A stretch of DNA of 64,000 bases, from contig NC_092676.1 in assembly GCF_964355755.1 (NCBI RefSeq), positions 13,068,771-13,132,770 of the forward strand, in the 5' to 3' direction. The notes beneath the pieces were generated by a model, which ran no database searches, had not been told where the DNA came from, and saw nothing but the letters and a program-made list of their open reading frames with translations. Positions 41,335 through 54,800 of the stretch are shown here, piece after piece. Source of the DNA: Antedon mediterranea (Eukaryota > Animalia > Echinodermata). The position numbers and the translations under genes were made by a program. Position 1 is the first letter of the stretch. The number at the start of each line of letters is the position of its first letter.

Positions 41335-43300
41335 TTGGTTACACAAAAACATCAAAGTGCTTAAAATCACATTTAAAACCGTTTTAGAGCATTTTTAGCA
41401 TTTCGATAAAACTTTTCACACAAAAACATCAAAGTGTACAAAATAGCTTCAAATCGCATTTAGAGAGGTTTTAGACAATTTTGTGCATTTCGATAAAACT
41501 TTTCACATAAAAACATCAAAGTGTACAAAATAGCTTCAAATTGCATTTAGAGACGTTTTAGACCATTTTGTGCATTTCGATAAAACTTTTCACACAAAAA
41601 CATCAAATTGCACAAAATCGTTTTAAACCATTTTAAATCGTTTTAAACCATTTTGAGCATGTCGATAAAACTTTTCACAAAAAACATCAAAGTGCACAGA
41701 ATAGCTTCAAATTGCATTTGGAGACGTTTTAGAGCATTTTGTGCATTTCGATAAAATGTGTTAACATAAAAAGACCAAAGTGTTTAGAATATCTTCAAAT
41801 CACATTTGGAGACGTTTTAGACCATTTTTTGCATTTCGATGAAACTTGGTTACACAAAAACATCAAAGTGCTTAAAATCACATTTGAAACCGTTTTAGAG
41901 CATTTTGAGCATTTCGATAAAACTTTTCACACAAAAACATCAAAGTGTACAAATTAGCTTCAAATCGCATTTAGAGACGTTTTAGACCATTTTTTGCATT
42001 TCGATGAAACTTGGTTACACAAAAACATCAAAGTGCTTAAAATCACATTTAAAACCGTTTTAGAGCATTTTTAGCATTTCGATAAAACTTTTCACACAAA
42101 AACATCAAAGTGTACAAAATAGCTTCAAATCGCATTTAGAGAGGTTTTAGACAATTTTGTGCATTTCGATAAAACTTTTCACACAAAAACATCAAAGTGT
42201 ACAAAATAGCTTCAAATTGCATTTAGAGACGTTTTAGACCATTTTGTGCATTTCGATAAAACTTTTCACACAAAAACATCAAATTGCACAAAATCGTTTT
42301 AAACCATTTTAAATCGTTTTAAACCATTTTGAGCATTTCGATAAAACTTTTCACAAAAAACATCAAAGTGCACAGAATAGCTTCAAATTGCATTTGGAGA
42401 CGTTTTAGAGCATTTTGTGCATTTCGATAAAATGTGTTAACATAAAAAGACCAAAGTGTTTAGAATATCTTCAAATCACATTTGGAGACGTTTTAGACCA
42501 TTTTTTGCATTTCGATGAAACTTGGTTACACAAAAACATCAAAGTGCTTAAAATCACATTTGAAACCGTTTTAGAGCATTTTGAGCATTTCGATAAAACT
42601 TTTCACACAAAAACATCAAAGTGTACAAATTAGCTTCAAATCGCATTTAGAGACGTTTTAGACCATTTTTTGCATTTCGATGAAACTTGGTTACACAAAA
42701 ACATCAAAGTGCTTAAAATCACATTTAAAACCGTTTTAGAGCATTTTTAGCATTTCGATAAAACTTTTCACACAAAAACATCAAAGTGTACAAAATAGCT
42801 TCAAATCGCATTTAGAGAGGTTTTAGACAATTTTGTGCATTTCGATAAAACTTTTCACACAAAAACATCAAAGTGTACAAAATAGCTTCAAATTGCATTT
42901 AGAGACGTTTTAGACCATTTTGTGCATTTCGATAAAACTTTTCACACAAAAACATCAAATTGCACAAAATCGTTTTAAACCATTTTAAATCGTTTTAAAC
43001 CATTTTGAGCATTTCGATAAAACTTTTCACAAAAAACATCAAAGTGCACAGAATAGCTTCAAATTGCATTTGGAGACGTTTTAGAGCATTTTGTGCATTT
43101 CGATAAAATGTGTTAACATAAAAAGACCAAAGTGTTTAGAATATCTTCAAATCACATTTGGAGACGTTTTAGACCATTTTTTGCATTTCGATGAAACTTG
43201 GTTACACAAAAACATCAAAGTGCTTAAAATCACATTTGAAACCGTTTTAGAGCATTTTGAGCATTTCGATAAAACTTTTCACACAAAAACATCAAAGTGT
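41335..43300 (+). repeat. Local tandem triplication, 676-bp (8-monomer) unit
   Basis: ORFs at 41739, 42415 and 43091; 20-bp slippage marker at 41615, 42291 and 42967. Confidence 0.9.
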
Positions 43301-46300
43301 ACAAAATAGCTTCAAATCGCATTTAAAGAGGTTTTAGACCATTTTGTGCATTTCGATAAAACTTTTCACACAAAAACATCAAAGTGTACAAAATAGCTTC
43401 AAATCGCATTTAGAGACGTTTTAGACCATCTTGTGCATTTTGATAAAACTTTTCACACAAAAACATCAAATTGCACAAAATAGCTTAATATCGTGTTTGA
43501 AAACGTTTTAAACCATTTTGAGCATGTCGATAAAACTTTTCACACAAAAATATCAAAGTGCACAGAATATCTTCAAATCGCATTTAGAGACGTTTTAGAC
43601 CATTTTGTGCATTTCGAAAAAATTTGTTAACATAAAAAGACCAAAGTGTTTAGAATATCTCCAAATCGCATTTGGAGACGTTTTAGACCATTTTGTGCAT
43701 TTCAATGAAACTTGGTTACACAAAAACATCAAAGTGCTTAAAATCACATTTGAAACCGTTTTAGAGCATTTTTAGCATTTCGATAATACTTTTCACACAA
43801 AAACATCAAAGTGTACAAAATAGCTTCAAATCGCATTTGGAGACGTTTTAGACCATTTTGTGCATTTCGATGAAACTTGGTTACACAAAAACATCAAAGT
43901 GCTTAAAATCACATTTGAAACCGTTTTAGACCATTTTGAGCATTTCGATATAACTTTTCACACAAAAAAATCAAAGTGCACAAAATAGCTTCAAATCGCA
44001 TTTGGAGACGTTTTAGACTATTTTGTGCATTTCGAAAAAATTTGTTAACATAAAAAGACCAAAGTGTTTAGAATAACTCCAAATCGCATTTGGAGACGTT
44101 TTAAACCATTTTGTGCATTTCGATGGAACTTGGTTACACAAAAACATCAAAGTGCTTAAAATCACATTTAAAACCATTTTAGAGCATTTTGAGCATTTCG
44201 ATAAAACTTTTCACACAAAAACATCAAAGTGTACAAAATAGCTTCAAATCGCATTTAGAGAGGTTTTAGACCATTTTGTGCATTTCGATAAAACTTTTCA
44301 TACAAAAACATCAAAGTGTACAAAATAGCTTCAAATCGCATTTAGAGACGTTTTAGACCATTTTGTGCATTTCGATAAAACTTTTCACACAAAAACATCA
44401 AATTGCACAAAATAGCTTAATACCGTGTTTGAAATCGTTTTAAACCATTTTGAGCATGTCGATAAAACTTTTCACAAAAAAACATCAAAGTGCACAGAAT
44501 AGCTTCAAATCGCATTTGGAGACGTTTTAAACCATTTTGAGCATTTCGATAAAACTTTTCACACAAAAACATCAAAGTGTACAAAATAGCTTCAAATCGC
44601 ATTTAGAGAGGTTTTAGACCATTTTGTGCATTTCGATAAAACTTTTCACACAAAAACATCAAATTGCACAAAATAGCTTAATATCGTGTTTGAAAACGTT
44701 TTAAACCATTTTGAGCATGTCGATAAAACTTTTCACACAAAAATATCAAAGCGCACAGAATATCTTCAAATCGCATTTAGAGACGTTTTAGACCATTTTG
44801 TGCATTTCGAAAAAATTTGTTAACATAAAAAGACCAAAGTGTTTAGAATATCTCCAAATCGCATTTGGAGACGTTTTAGACCATTTTGTGCATTTCGATG
44901 AAACTTGATTACACAAAAACATCAAAGTGCTTAAAATCACATTTAAAACCGTTTTAGAGCGTTTTGAGCATTTCGATAAACTTTTCACACAAAAACATCA
45001 AAGTGCACAAAATAGCTTCAAATCGCATTTAGAGACGTTTTAGACCATTTTGTGCATTTCGAAAAAATTTGTTAACATAAAAAGACCAAAGTGTTTAGAA
45101 TATCTCCAAATCGCATTTGGAGACGTTTTAGACCATTTTGTGCATTTCGATGAAACTTGGTTACACAAAAACATCAAAGTGCTTAAAATCACATTTGAAA
45201 CCGTTTTAGAGCATTTTGAGCATTTCGATAAAACTTTTCACACAAAAACATCAAAGTGTACAAAATAGCTTCAAATCACATTTGAAACCGTTTTAGACCA
45301 TTTTGAGCATTTCGATAAAACTTTTCACACAAAAACATCAAAGTGTACAAAATAGCTTCAATTCGCATTTGGAGACGTTTTAGACCATTTTGTGCATTTC
45401 GATGAAACTTGGTTACACAAAAACATCAAAGTGCTTAAAATCACATTTGAAACCGTTTTAGAGCATTTTTAGCATTTCGATAATACTTTTCACACAAAAA
45501 CATCAAAGTGTACAAAATAGCTTCAAATCGCATTTGGAGACGTTTTAGACCATTTTGTGCATTTCGATGAAACTTGGTTACACAAAAACATCAAAGTGCT
45601 TAAAATCACATTTGAAACCGTTTTAGACCATTTTGAGCATTTCGATAAAACTTTTCACACAAAAAAATCAAAGTGCACAAAATAGCTTCAAATCGCATTT
45701 GGGGACGTTTTAGACTATTTTGTGCATTTCGAAAAAATTTGTTAACATAAAAAGACCAAAGTGTTTAGAATATCTCCAAATCGCATTTGGAGACGTTTTA
45801 AACCATTTTGTGCATTTCGATGGAACTTGGTTACACAAAAACATCAAAGTGCTTAAAATCACATTTAAAACCGTTTTAGAGCATTTTTAGCATTTCGATA
45901 AAACTTTTCACACAAAAACATCAAAGTGTACAAAATAGCTTCAAATCGCATTTGGAGACGTTTTAGACCATTTTGTGCATTTCGATGAAACTTGGTTACA
46001 CAAAAACATGAAATTGCTTAAAATCACATTTGAAACCGTTTTAGACCATTTTGAGCATTTCGATAAAACTTTTCACACAAAAAAATCAAAGTGCACAAAA
46101 TAGCTTCAAATCGCATTTGGAGACGTTTTAGACTATTTTGTGCATTTTGAACAAATTTGTTAACATAAAAAGACCAAAGTGTTTAGAATATCTCCAAATC
46201 GCATTTGGAGACGTTTTAAACCATTTTGTGCATTTCGATGGAACTTGGTTACACAAAAACATCAAAGTGCTTAAAATCACATTTAAAACCGTTTTAGATC

Positions 46301-48319
46301 ATTTTGAGCATTTCGATAAAACTTTTCAGACAAAAACATCAAATTGAACAAAATAGCTTAATACCGTGTTTGAAATCGTTTTAAACCATTTTGAGCATGT
46401 CGATAAAACTTTACACAAAAAAACATCAAAGTGCACAGAATAGCTTCAAATCGCATTTGGAGACGTTTTAAACCATTTTGTGCATTTCAATAAAACTTTT
46501 CACATAAAAACAACAAAGTGTACAAAATAGCTTCAAATCGTATTTAGAGACGTTTTAGACCATTTTGGGCATTTCGATGAAACTTGGTTACACAAATACA
46601 TAAAAATGCTTAAAATCACATTTCAAACCGTTTTAGAGCATTTTGAGCATTTCGATAAAACTTTTCACACAAAAACATCAAAGTGCACAAAATAGCTTCA
46701 AATCGCATTTAGAGATGTTTTAGACCATTTTGTGCAATTCGATAAAACTTTTCACACAAAAACATCAAATTGCACAAAATAGCTTAATATCGTGTTTGAA
46801 AACGTTTTAGACCATTTTGAGCATGTCGATAAAACTTTTCACACAAAAACATAAAAGTGAACAGAATAGCTTCAAATTGCATTTGGAGACATTTTAGAGC
46901 ATTTTGTGCATTTCGATAAAATGTGTTAACATAAAAAGACCAAAGTGTTTAGAATATCTTCAAATCACATTTGGAGACGTTTTAGACCATTTTTTGCATT
47001 TCGATGAAACTTGGTTACACAAAAACATCAAAGTGCTTAAAATCACATTTAAAACCGTTTTAGAGCATTTTGAGCATTTCGATAAAACTTTTCACACAAA
47101 AACATCAAAGTGTACAAAATAGCTTCAAATCGCATTTAGAGAGGTTTTAGACCATTTTGTGCATTTCGATAAAACTTTTCACACAAAAACATCAAAGTGT
47201 ACAAAATAACTTCAAATCGTATTTAGAGACGTTTTAGACCATTTTGTGCATTTTGATAAAACTTTTCACACAAAAACATCAAATTGCACAAAATAGCTTA
47301 ATATCGTGTTTGAAAACGTTTTAAACCATTTTGAGCATGTCGATAAAACTTTTCACACAAAAATATCAAAGTGCACAGAATATCTTCAAATCGCATTTAG
47401 AGACGTTTTAGACCATTTTGTGCATTTCGAAAAAATTTGTTAACATAAAAAGACCAAAGTGTTTAGAATATCTCCAAATCGCATTTGGAGACGTTTTAGA
47501 CCATTTTGTGTTTTTCGAAAAAACTTTTCACACAAAAACATCAAAGTGTACAAAATTCCTTCAAATCGCATTTGGAGACGTTTTAGACCATTTTGTGATT
47601 TTCGAAAAACTTTTCACACAAAAACATCAAAGTGTAGAAAATTGCTTCAAATCGCATTTAGAGATGTTTTAGACCATTTTGTGCATTTCGAAAAAATTTG
47701 TTAACATAAAAAGACCAAAGTGTTTAGAATATCTCCAAATCGCATTTGGAGACGTTTTAGACCATTTTGTGCATTTCGATGACACTTGGTTACACAAAAA
47801 CATCAAAGTGCTTAAAATCACATTTAAAACCGTTTTAGAGCGTTTTGAGCATTTCGATAAACTTTTCAAACAAAAACATCAAAGTGTACAAAATAGCTTC
47901 AAATCGTATTTGGAGACGTTTTAGACCATTTTGTGCGTTTCGATGAATCTTGGTTACACAAAAACATCAAAGTGCTTAAAATCAAATTTAAAACCGTTTT
48001 AGTGCATTTTGAGCATTTCGATAAAACTTTTCACACAAAAACATCAAAGTGCACAAAATAGCTTCAAATCGCATTTAGAGATGTTTTAGACCATTTTATG
48101 CGTTTCGATAAAACTTTTCACACAAAAACATCAAATTGCACAAAATAGCTTAATATCGTGTTTGAAAACGTTTTAGACCATTTTGAGCATGTCGATAAAA
48201 CTTTTCACACAAAAACATAAAAGTGCACAGAATAGCTTCAAATCGCATTTGGAGACGTTTTAAACCATTTTGTGCATTTCGAAAAAAACTTTTTAACATA
48301 AAAACACCAAAGTGCTTAG

Positions 48320-51300
48320 AATAGCTTCAAATCGCATTTGGAGACGTTTTAGACCATTTTGTGCATTTCGATGAAACTTGGTTACACAAAAACATCAAAG
48401 TGCTTAAAATCACATTTGAAACCGTTTTAGAGCATTTTGAGCATTTCGATAAAACTTTTCACACAAAAACATCAAAGTGTACAAAATAGCTTCAAATCAC
48501 ATTTGAAACCGTTTTAGACCATTTTGAGCATTTCGATAAAACTTTTCACACAAAAACATCAAAGTGTACAAAATAGCTTCAAATCGCATTTGGAGACGTT
48601 TTAGACCATTTTGTGCATTTCGATGAAACTTGGTTACACAAAAACATCAAAGTGCTTAAAATCACATTTGAAACCGTTTTAGACCATTTTGAGCGTTTCG
48701 ATAAAACTTTTCATACAAATAAATCAGAGTGCACAAAATAGCTTCAAATCGCATTTGGAGACGTTTTAGACTATTTTGTGCATTTCGAAAAAATTTGTTA
48801 ACATAAAAAGACCAAAGTGTTTAGAATATCTCCAAATCGCATTTGGAGACGTTTTAAACCATTTTGTGCATTTCGATGGAACTTGGTTACACAAAAACAT
48901 CAAAGTGCTTAAAATCACATTTAAAACCGTTTTAGAGCATTTTGAGCATTTCGATAAAACTTTTCACACAAAAACATCAAAGTGTACAAAATAGCTTCAA
49001 ATCGCATTTAGAGACGTTTTAGACCATTTTGTGCATTTTGATAAAACTTTTCACACAAAAACATCAAATTGCACAAAATAGCTTAATATTGTGTTTGAAA
49101 ACGTTTTAAACCATTTTGAGCATGTCGATAAAACTTTTCACACAAAAATATCAAAGTGCCCAGAATATCTTCAAATCGCATTTAGAGACGTTTTAGACCA
49201 TTTTGTGCATTTCGAAAAAATTTGTTAACATAAAAAGACCAAAGTGTTTAGATTATCTCCAAATCGCATTTGGAGACGTTTTAGACCATTTTGTGTTTTT
49301 CGAAAAAACTTTTCACACAAAAACATCAAAGTGTACAAAATTGCTTCAAATCGCATTTAGAGAGGTTTTAGACCATTTTGTGCATTTCGATAAAACTTTT
49401 CACACAAAAACATCAAAGTGCACAGAATATCTTAATACCGTGTCTGAAATCGTTTTAAACCATTTTGAGCATGTCGATAAAACTTTTCACACAAAAACAT
49501 CAAAGTGCACAGAATATCTTCAAATCGCATTTAGAGACGTTTTAGACCATTTTGTGCATTTCGAAAAAATTTGTTAACATAAAAAGACCAAAGTGTTTAG
49601 AATATCTCCAAATCGCATTTGGAGACGTTTTAGACCATTTTGTGCATTTCGATGAAACTTGGTTACACAAAAACATCAAAGTGCTTAAAATCACATTTGA
49701 AACCGTTTTAGAGCATTTTGAGCATTTCGATAAAACTTTTCACACAAAAACATCAAAGTGTACAAAATAGCTTCAAATCACATTTGAAACCGTTTTAGAC
49801 CATTTTGAGCATTTCGATAAAACTTTTCACACAAAAACATCAAAGTTTACAGAATAGCTTCAAATCGCATTTGGAGACGTTTTAGACCATTTTGTGCATT
49901 TCGATGAAACTTGGTTACACAAAAACATCAAAGTGCTTAAAATCACATTTGAAACCGTTTTAGAGCATTTTTAACATTTCGATAATACTTTTCACACAAA
50001 AACATCAAAGTGTACAAAATAGCTTCAAATCGCATTTGGAGACGTTTTAGACCATTTTGTGCATTTCGATGAAACTTGGTTACACAAAAACATCAAAGTG
50101 CTTAAAATCACATTTGAAACCGTTTTAGAGCATTTTGAGCATTTCGATAAAACTTTTCACACAAAAACATCAAAGTGTACAAAATAGCTTCAAATCACAT
50201 TTGAAACCGTTTTAGACCATTTTGAGCATTTCGATAAAACTTTTCACACAAAAACATCAAAGTGTACAAAATAGCTTCAAATCGCATTTGGAGACGTTTT
50301 AGACCATTTTGTGCATTTCGATGAAACTTGGTTACACAAAAACATCAAAGTGCTTAAAATCACATTTGAAACCGTTTTAGACCATTTTGAGCGTTTCGAT
50401 AAAACTTTTCATACAAATAAATCAGAGTGCACAAAATAGCTTCAAATCGCATTTGGAGACGTTTTAGACTATTTTGTGCATTTCGAAAAAATTTGTTAAC
50501 ATAAAAAGACCAAAGTGTTTAGAATATCTCCAAATCGCATTTGGAGACGTTTTAAACCATTTTGTGCATTTCGATGGAACTTGGTTACACAAAAACATCA
50601 AAGTGCTTAAAATCACATTTAAAACCGTTTTAGAGCATTTTGAGCATTTCGATAAAACTTTTCACACAAAAACATCAAAGTGTACAAAATAGCTTCAAAT
50701 CGCATTTAGAGACGTTTTAGACCATTTTGTGCATTTTGATAAAACTTTTCACACAAAAACATCAAATTGCACAAAATAGCTTAATATTGTGTTTGAAAAC
50801 GTTTTAAACCATTTTGAGCATGTCGATAAAACTTTTCACACAAAAATATCAAAGTGCCCAGAATATCTTCAAATCGCATTTAGAGACGTTTTAGACCATT
50901 TTGTGCATTTCGAAAAAATTTGTTAACATAAAAAGACCAAAGTGTTTAGATTATCTCCAAATCGCATTTGGAGACGTTTTAGACCATTTTGTGTTTTTCG
51001 AAAAAACTTTTCACACAAAAACATCAAAGTGTACAAAATTGCTTCAAATCGCATTTAGAGAGGTTTTAGACCATTTTGTGCATTTCGATAAAACTTTTCA
51101 CACAAAAACATCAAAGTGCACAGAATATCTTAATACCGTGTCTGAAATCGTTTTAAACCATTTTGAGCATGTCGATAAAACTTTTCACACAAAAACATCA
51201 AAGTGCACAGAATATCTTCAAATCGCATTTAGAGACGTTTTAGACCATTTTGTGCATTTCGAAAAAATTTGTTAACATAAAAAGACCAAAGTGTTTAGAA

Positions 51301-51865
51301 TATCTCCAAATCGCATTTGGAGACGTTTTAGACCATTTTGTGCATTTCGATGAAACTTGGTTACACAAAAACATCAAAGTGCTTAAAATCACATTTGAAA
51401 CCGTTTTAGAGCATTTTGAGCATTTCGATAAAACTTTTCACACAAAAACATCAAAGTGTACAAAATAGCTTCAAATCACATTTGAAACCGTTTTAGACCA
51501 TTTTGAGCATTTCGATAAAACTTTTCACACAAAAACATCAAAGTTTACAGAATAGCTTCAAATCGCATTTGGAGACGTTTTAGACCATTTTGTGCATTTC
51601 GATGAAACTTGGTTACACAAAAACATCAAAGTGCTTAAAATCACATTTGAAACCGTTTTAGAGCATTTTTAACATTTCGATAATACTTTTCACACAAAAA
51701 CATCAAAGTGTACAAAATAGCTTCAAATCGCATTTGGAGACGTTTTAGACCATTTTGTGCATTTCGATGAAACTTGGTTACACAAAAACATCAAAGTGCT
51801 TAAAATCACATTTGAAACCGTTTTAGAGCATTTTGAGCATTTCGATAAAACTTTTCACACAAAAA
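48320..51865 (+). repeat. Local tandem duplication, 1698-bp (20-monomer) unit x2
   Basis: ORFs 48776/49203/49552 vs 50474/50901/51250; private variants tcatacaaat (48711, 50409) and caaagtttac (49841, 51539). Confidence 0.9.
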
Positions 51866-54800
51866 AATCAAAGTGCACAAAATAGCTTCAAATCGCATTT
51901 GGAGAGGTTTTAGACCATTTTGTGCATTTCGAAAAAACTTTTCACACAAAAACATCAAAGTGTACAAAATAGCTTCAAATCGCATTTAGAGACGTTTTAG
52001 ACCATTTTGTGCATTTCGATGAAACTTGGTTACACAAAAACATCAAAGTGCTTAAAATCACATTTAAAACCGTTTTAGAGCGTTTTGAGCATTTCGATAA
52101 ACTTTTTACACAAAAACATCAAAGTGCACAAAATAGCTTCAAATCGCATTTAGGGATGTTTTAGACCATTTTGTGCATTTCGATAAAACTTTTCACACAA
52201 AAACATCAAATTGCACAAAATAGCTTAATACCGTGTTTGAAATCATTTTAAACCATTTTGAGCATGTCGATAAAACTTTTCACACAAAAACATCAAAGTG
52301 CACAGAATATCTTCAAATCGCATTTAGAGACGTTTTAGACCATTTTGTGCATTTCGAAAAAATTTGTTAACATAAAAAGACCAAAGTGTTTAGAATATCT
52401 CCAAATCGCATTTGGAGACGTTTTAGACCATTTTGTGCATTTCGATGAAAATTGGTTACACAAAAACATCAAAGTGCTTAAAATCACATTTGAAACCGTT
52501 TTAGAGCATTTTGAGCATTTCGATAAAACTTTTCACACAAAAACATCAAAGTGTACAAAATAGCTTCAAATCACATTTGAAACCGTTTTAGAGCATTTTG
52601 AGCATTTCGATAAAACTTTTCACACAAAAACATCAAAGTGTACAAAATAGCTTCAAATCGCATTTGGAGACGTTTTAGACCATTTTGTGCATTTCGATGA
52701 AACTTGGTTACACAAAAACATCAAAGTGCTTAAAATCACATTTAAAACCGTTTTAGAGCATTTTTAGCATTTCGATAAAACTTTTCACACAAAAACATCA
52801 AAGTGTACAAAATAGCTTCAAATCGCATTTAGAGAGGTTTTAGACAATTTTGTGCATTTCGATAAAACTTTTCACACAAAAACATCAAAGTGTACAAAAT
52901 AGCTTCAAATTGCATTTAGAGACGTTTTAGACCATTTTGTGCATTTCGACAAAACTTTTCACACAAAAACATCAAATTGCACAAAATCGTTTTAAACCAT
53001 TTTAAATCGTTTTAAACCATTTTGAGCATGTCGATAAAACTTTTCACAAAAAACATCAAAGTGCACAGAATAGCTTCAAATTGCATTTGGAGACGTTTTA
53101 GAGCATTTTGTGCATTTCGATAAAATGTGTTAACATAAAAAGACCAAAGTGTTTAGAATATCTTCAAATCACATTTGGAGACGTTTTAGACCATTTTTTG
53201 CATTTCGATGAAACTTGGTTACACAAAAACATCAAAGTGCTTAAAATCACATTTGAAACCGTTTTAGAGCATTTTGAGCATTTCGATAAAACTTTTCACA
53301 CAAAAACATCAAAGTGTACAAAATAGCTTCAAATCGCATTTAGAGACGTTTTAGACCATTTTTTGCATTTCGATGAAACTTGGTTACACAAAAACATCAA
53401 AGTGCTTAAAATCACATTTAAAACCGTTTTAGAGCATTTTTAGCATTTCGATAAAACTTTTCACACAAAAACATCAAAGTGTACAAATTAGCTTCAAATC
53501 GCATTTAGAGAGGTTTTAGACAATTTTGTGCATTTCGATAAAACTTCTCACACAAAAACATCAAAGTGTACAAAATAGCTTCAAATTGCATTTAGAGACG
53601 TTTTAGACCATTTTGTGCATTTCGATAAAACTTTTCACACAAAAACATCAAATTGCACAAAATCGTTTTAAACCATTTTAAATCGTTTTAAACCATTTTG
53701 AGCATTTCGATAAAAACTTTTCACAAAAAACATCAAAGTGTTTAGAATATCTTCAAATCACATTTGGAGACGTTTTAGACCATTTTTTGCATTTCGATGA
53801 AACTTGGTTACACAAAAACATCAAAGTGCTTAAAATCACATTTGAAACCGTTTTAGAGTATTTTGAGCATTTCGATAAAACTTTTCACACAAAAACATCA
53901 AAGTGTACAAAATAGCTTCAAATCGCATTTAGAGACGTTTTAGACCATTTTGTGCATTTCGAAAAAATTTGTTAACATAAAAAGACCAAAGTGTTTAGAA
54001 TATCTCCAAATCGCATTTGGAGACGTTTTAGACCATTTTGTGCATTTCGATGAAACTTGGTTACACAAAAACATCAAAGTGCTTAAAATCACATTTGAAA
54101 CCGTTTTAGAGCATTTTTAGCATTTCGATAATACTTTTCACACAAAAACATCAAAGTGTACAAAATAGCTTCAAATCGCATTTGGAGACGTTTTAGACCA
54201 TTTTGTGCATTTCGATGAAACTTGGTTACACAAAAACATCAAAGTGCTTAAAATCACATTTGAAACCGTTTTAGACCATTTTGAGCATTTCGATAAAACT
54301 TTTCACACAAAAAAATCAAAGTGCACAAAATAGCTTCAAATCGCATTTGGAGACGTTTTAGACTATTTTGTGCATTTTGAAAAAATTTGTTAACATAAAA
54401 AGACCAAAGTGTTTAGAATATCTCCAAATCGCATTTGGAGACGTTTTAAACCATTTTGTGCATTTCGATGGAACTTGGTTACACAAAAACATCAAAGTGC
54501 TTAAAATCACATTTAAAACCGTTTTAGAGCATTTTGAGCATTTCGATAAAACTTTTCACACAAAAACATCAAAGTGTACAAAATAGCTTCAAATCGCATT
54601 TAGAGAGGTTTTAGACCATTTTGTGCATTTCGATAAAACTTTTCACACAAAAACATCAAAGTGTACAAAATAGCTTCAAATCGCATTTAGAGACGTTTTA
54701 GACCATTTTGTGCATTTCGATAAAACTTTTCACACAAAAACATCAAATTGCACAAAATAGCTTAATACCGTGTTTGAAATCGTTTTAAACCATTTTGAGC

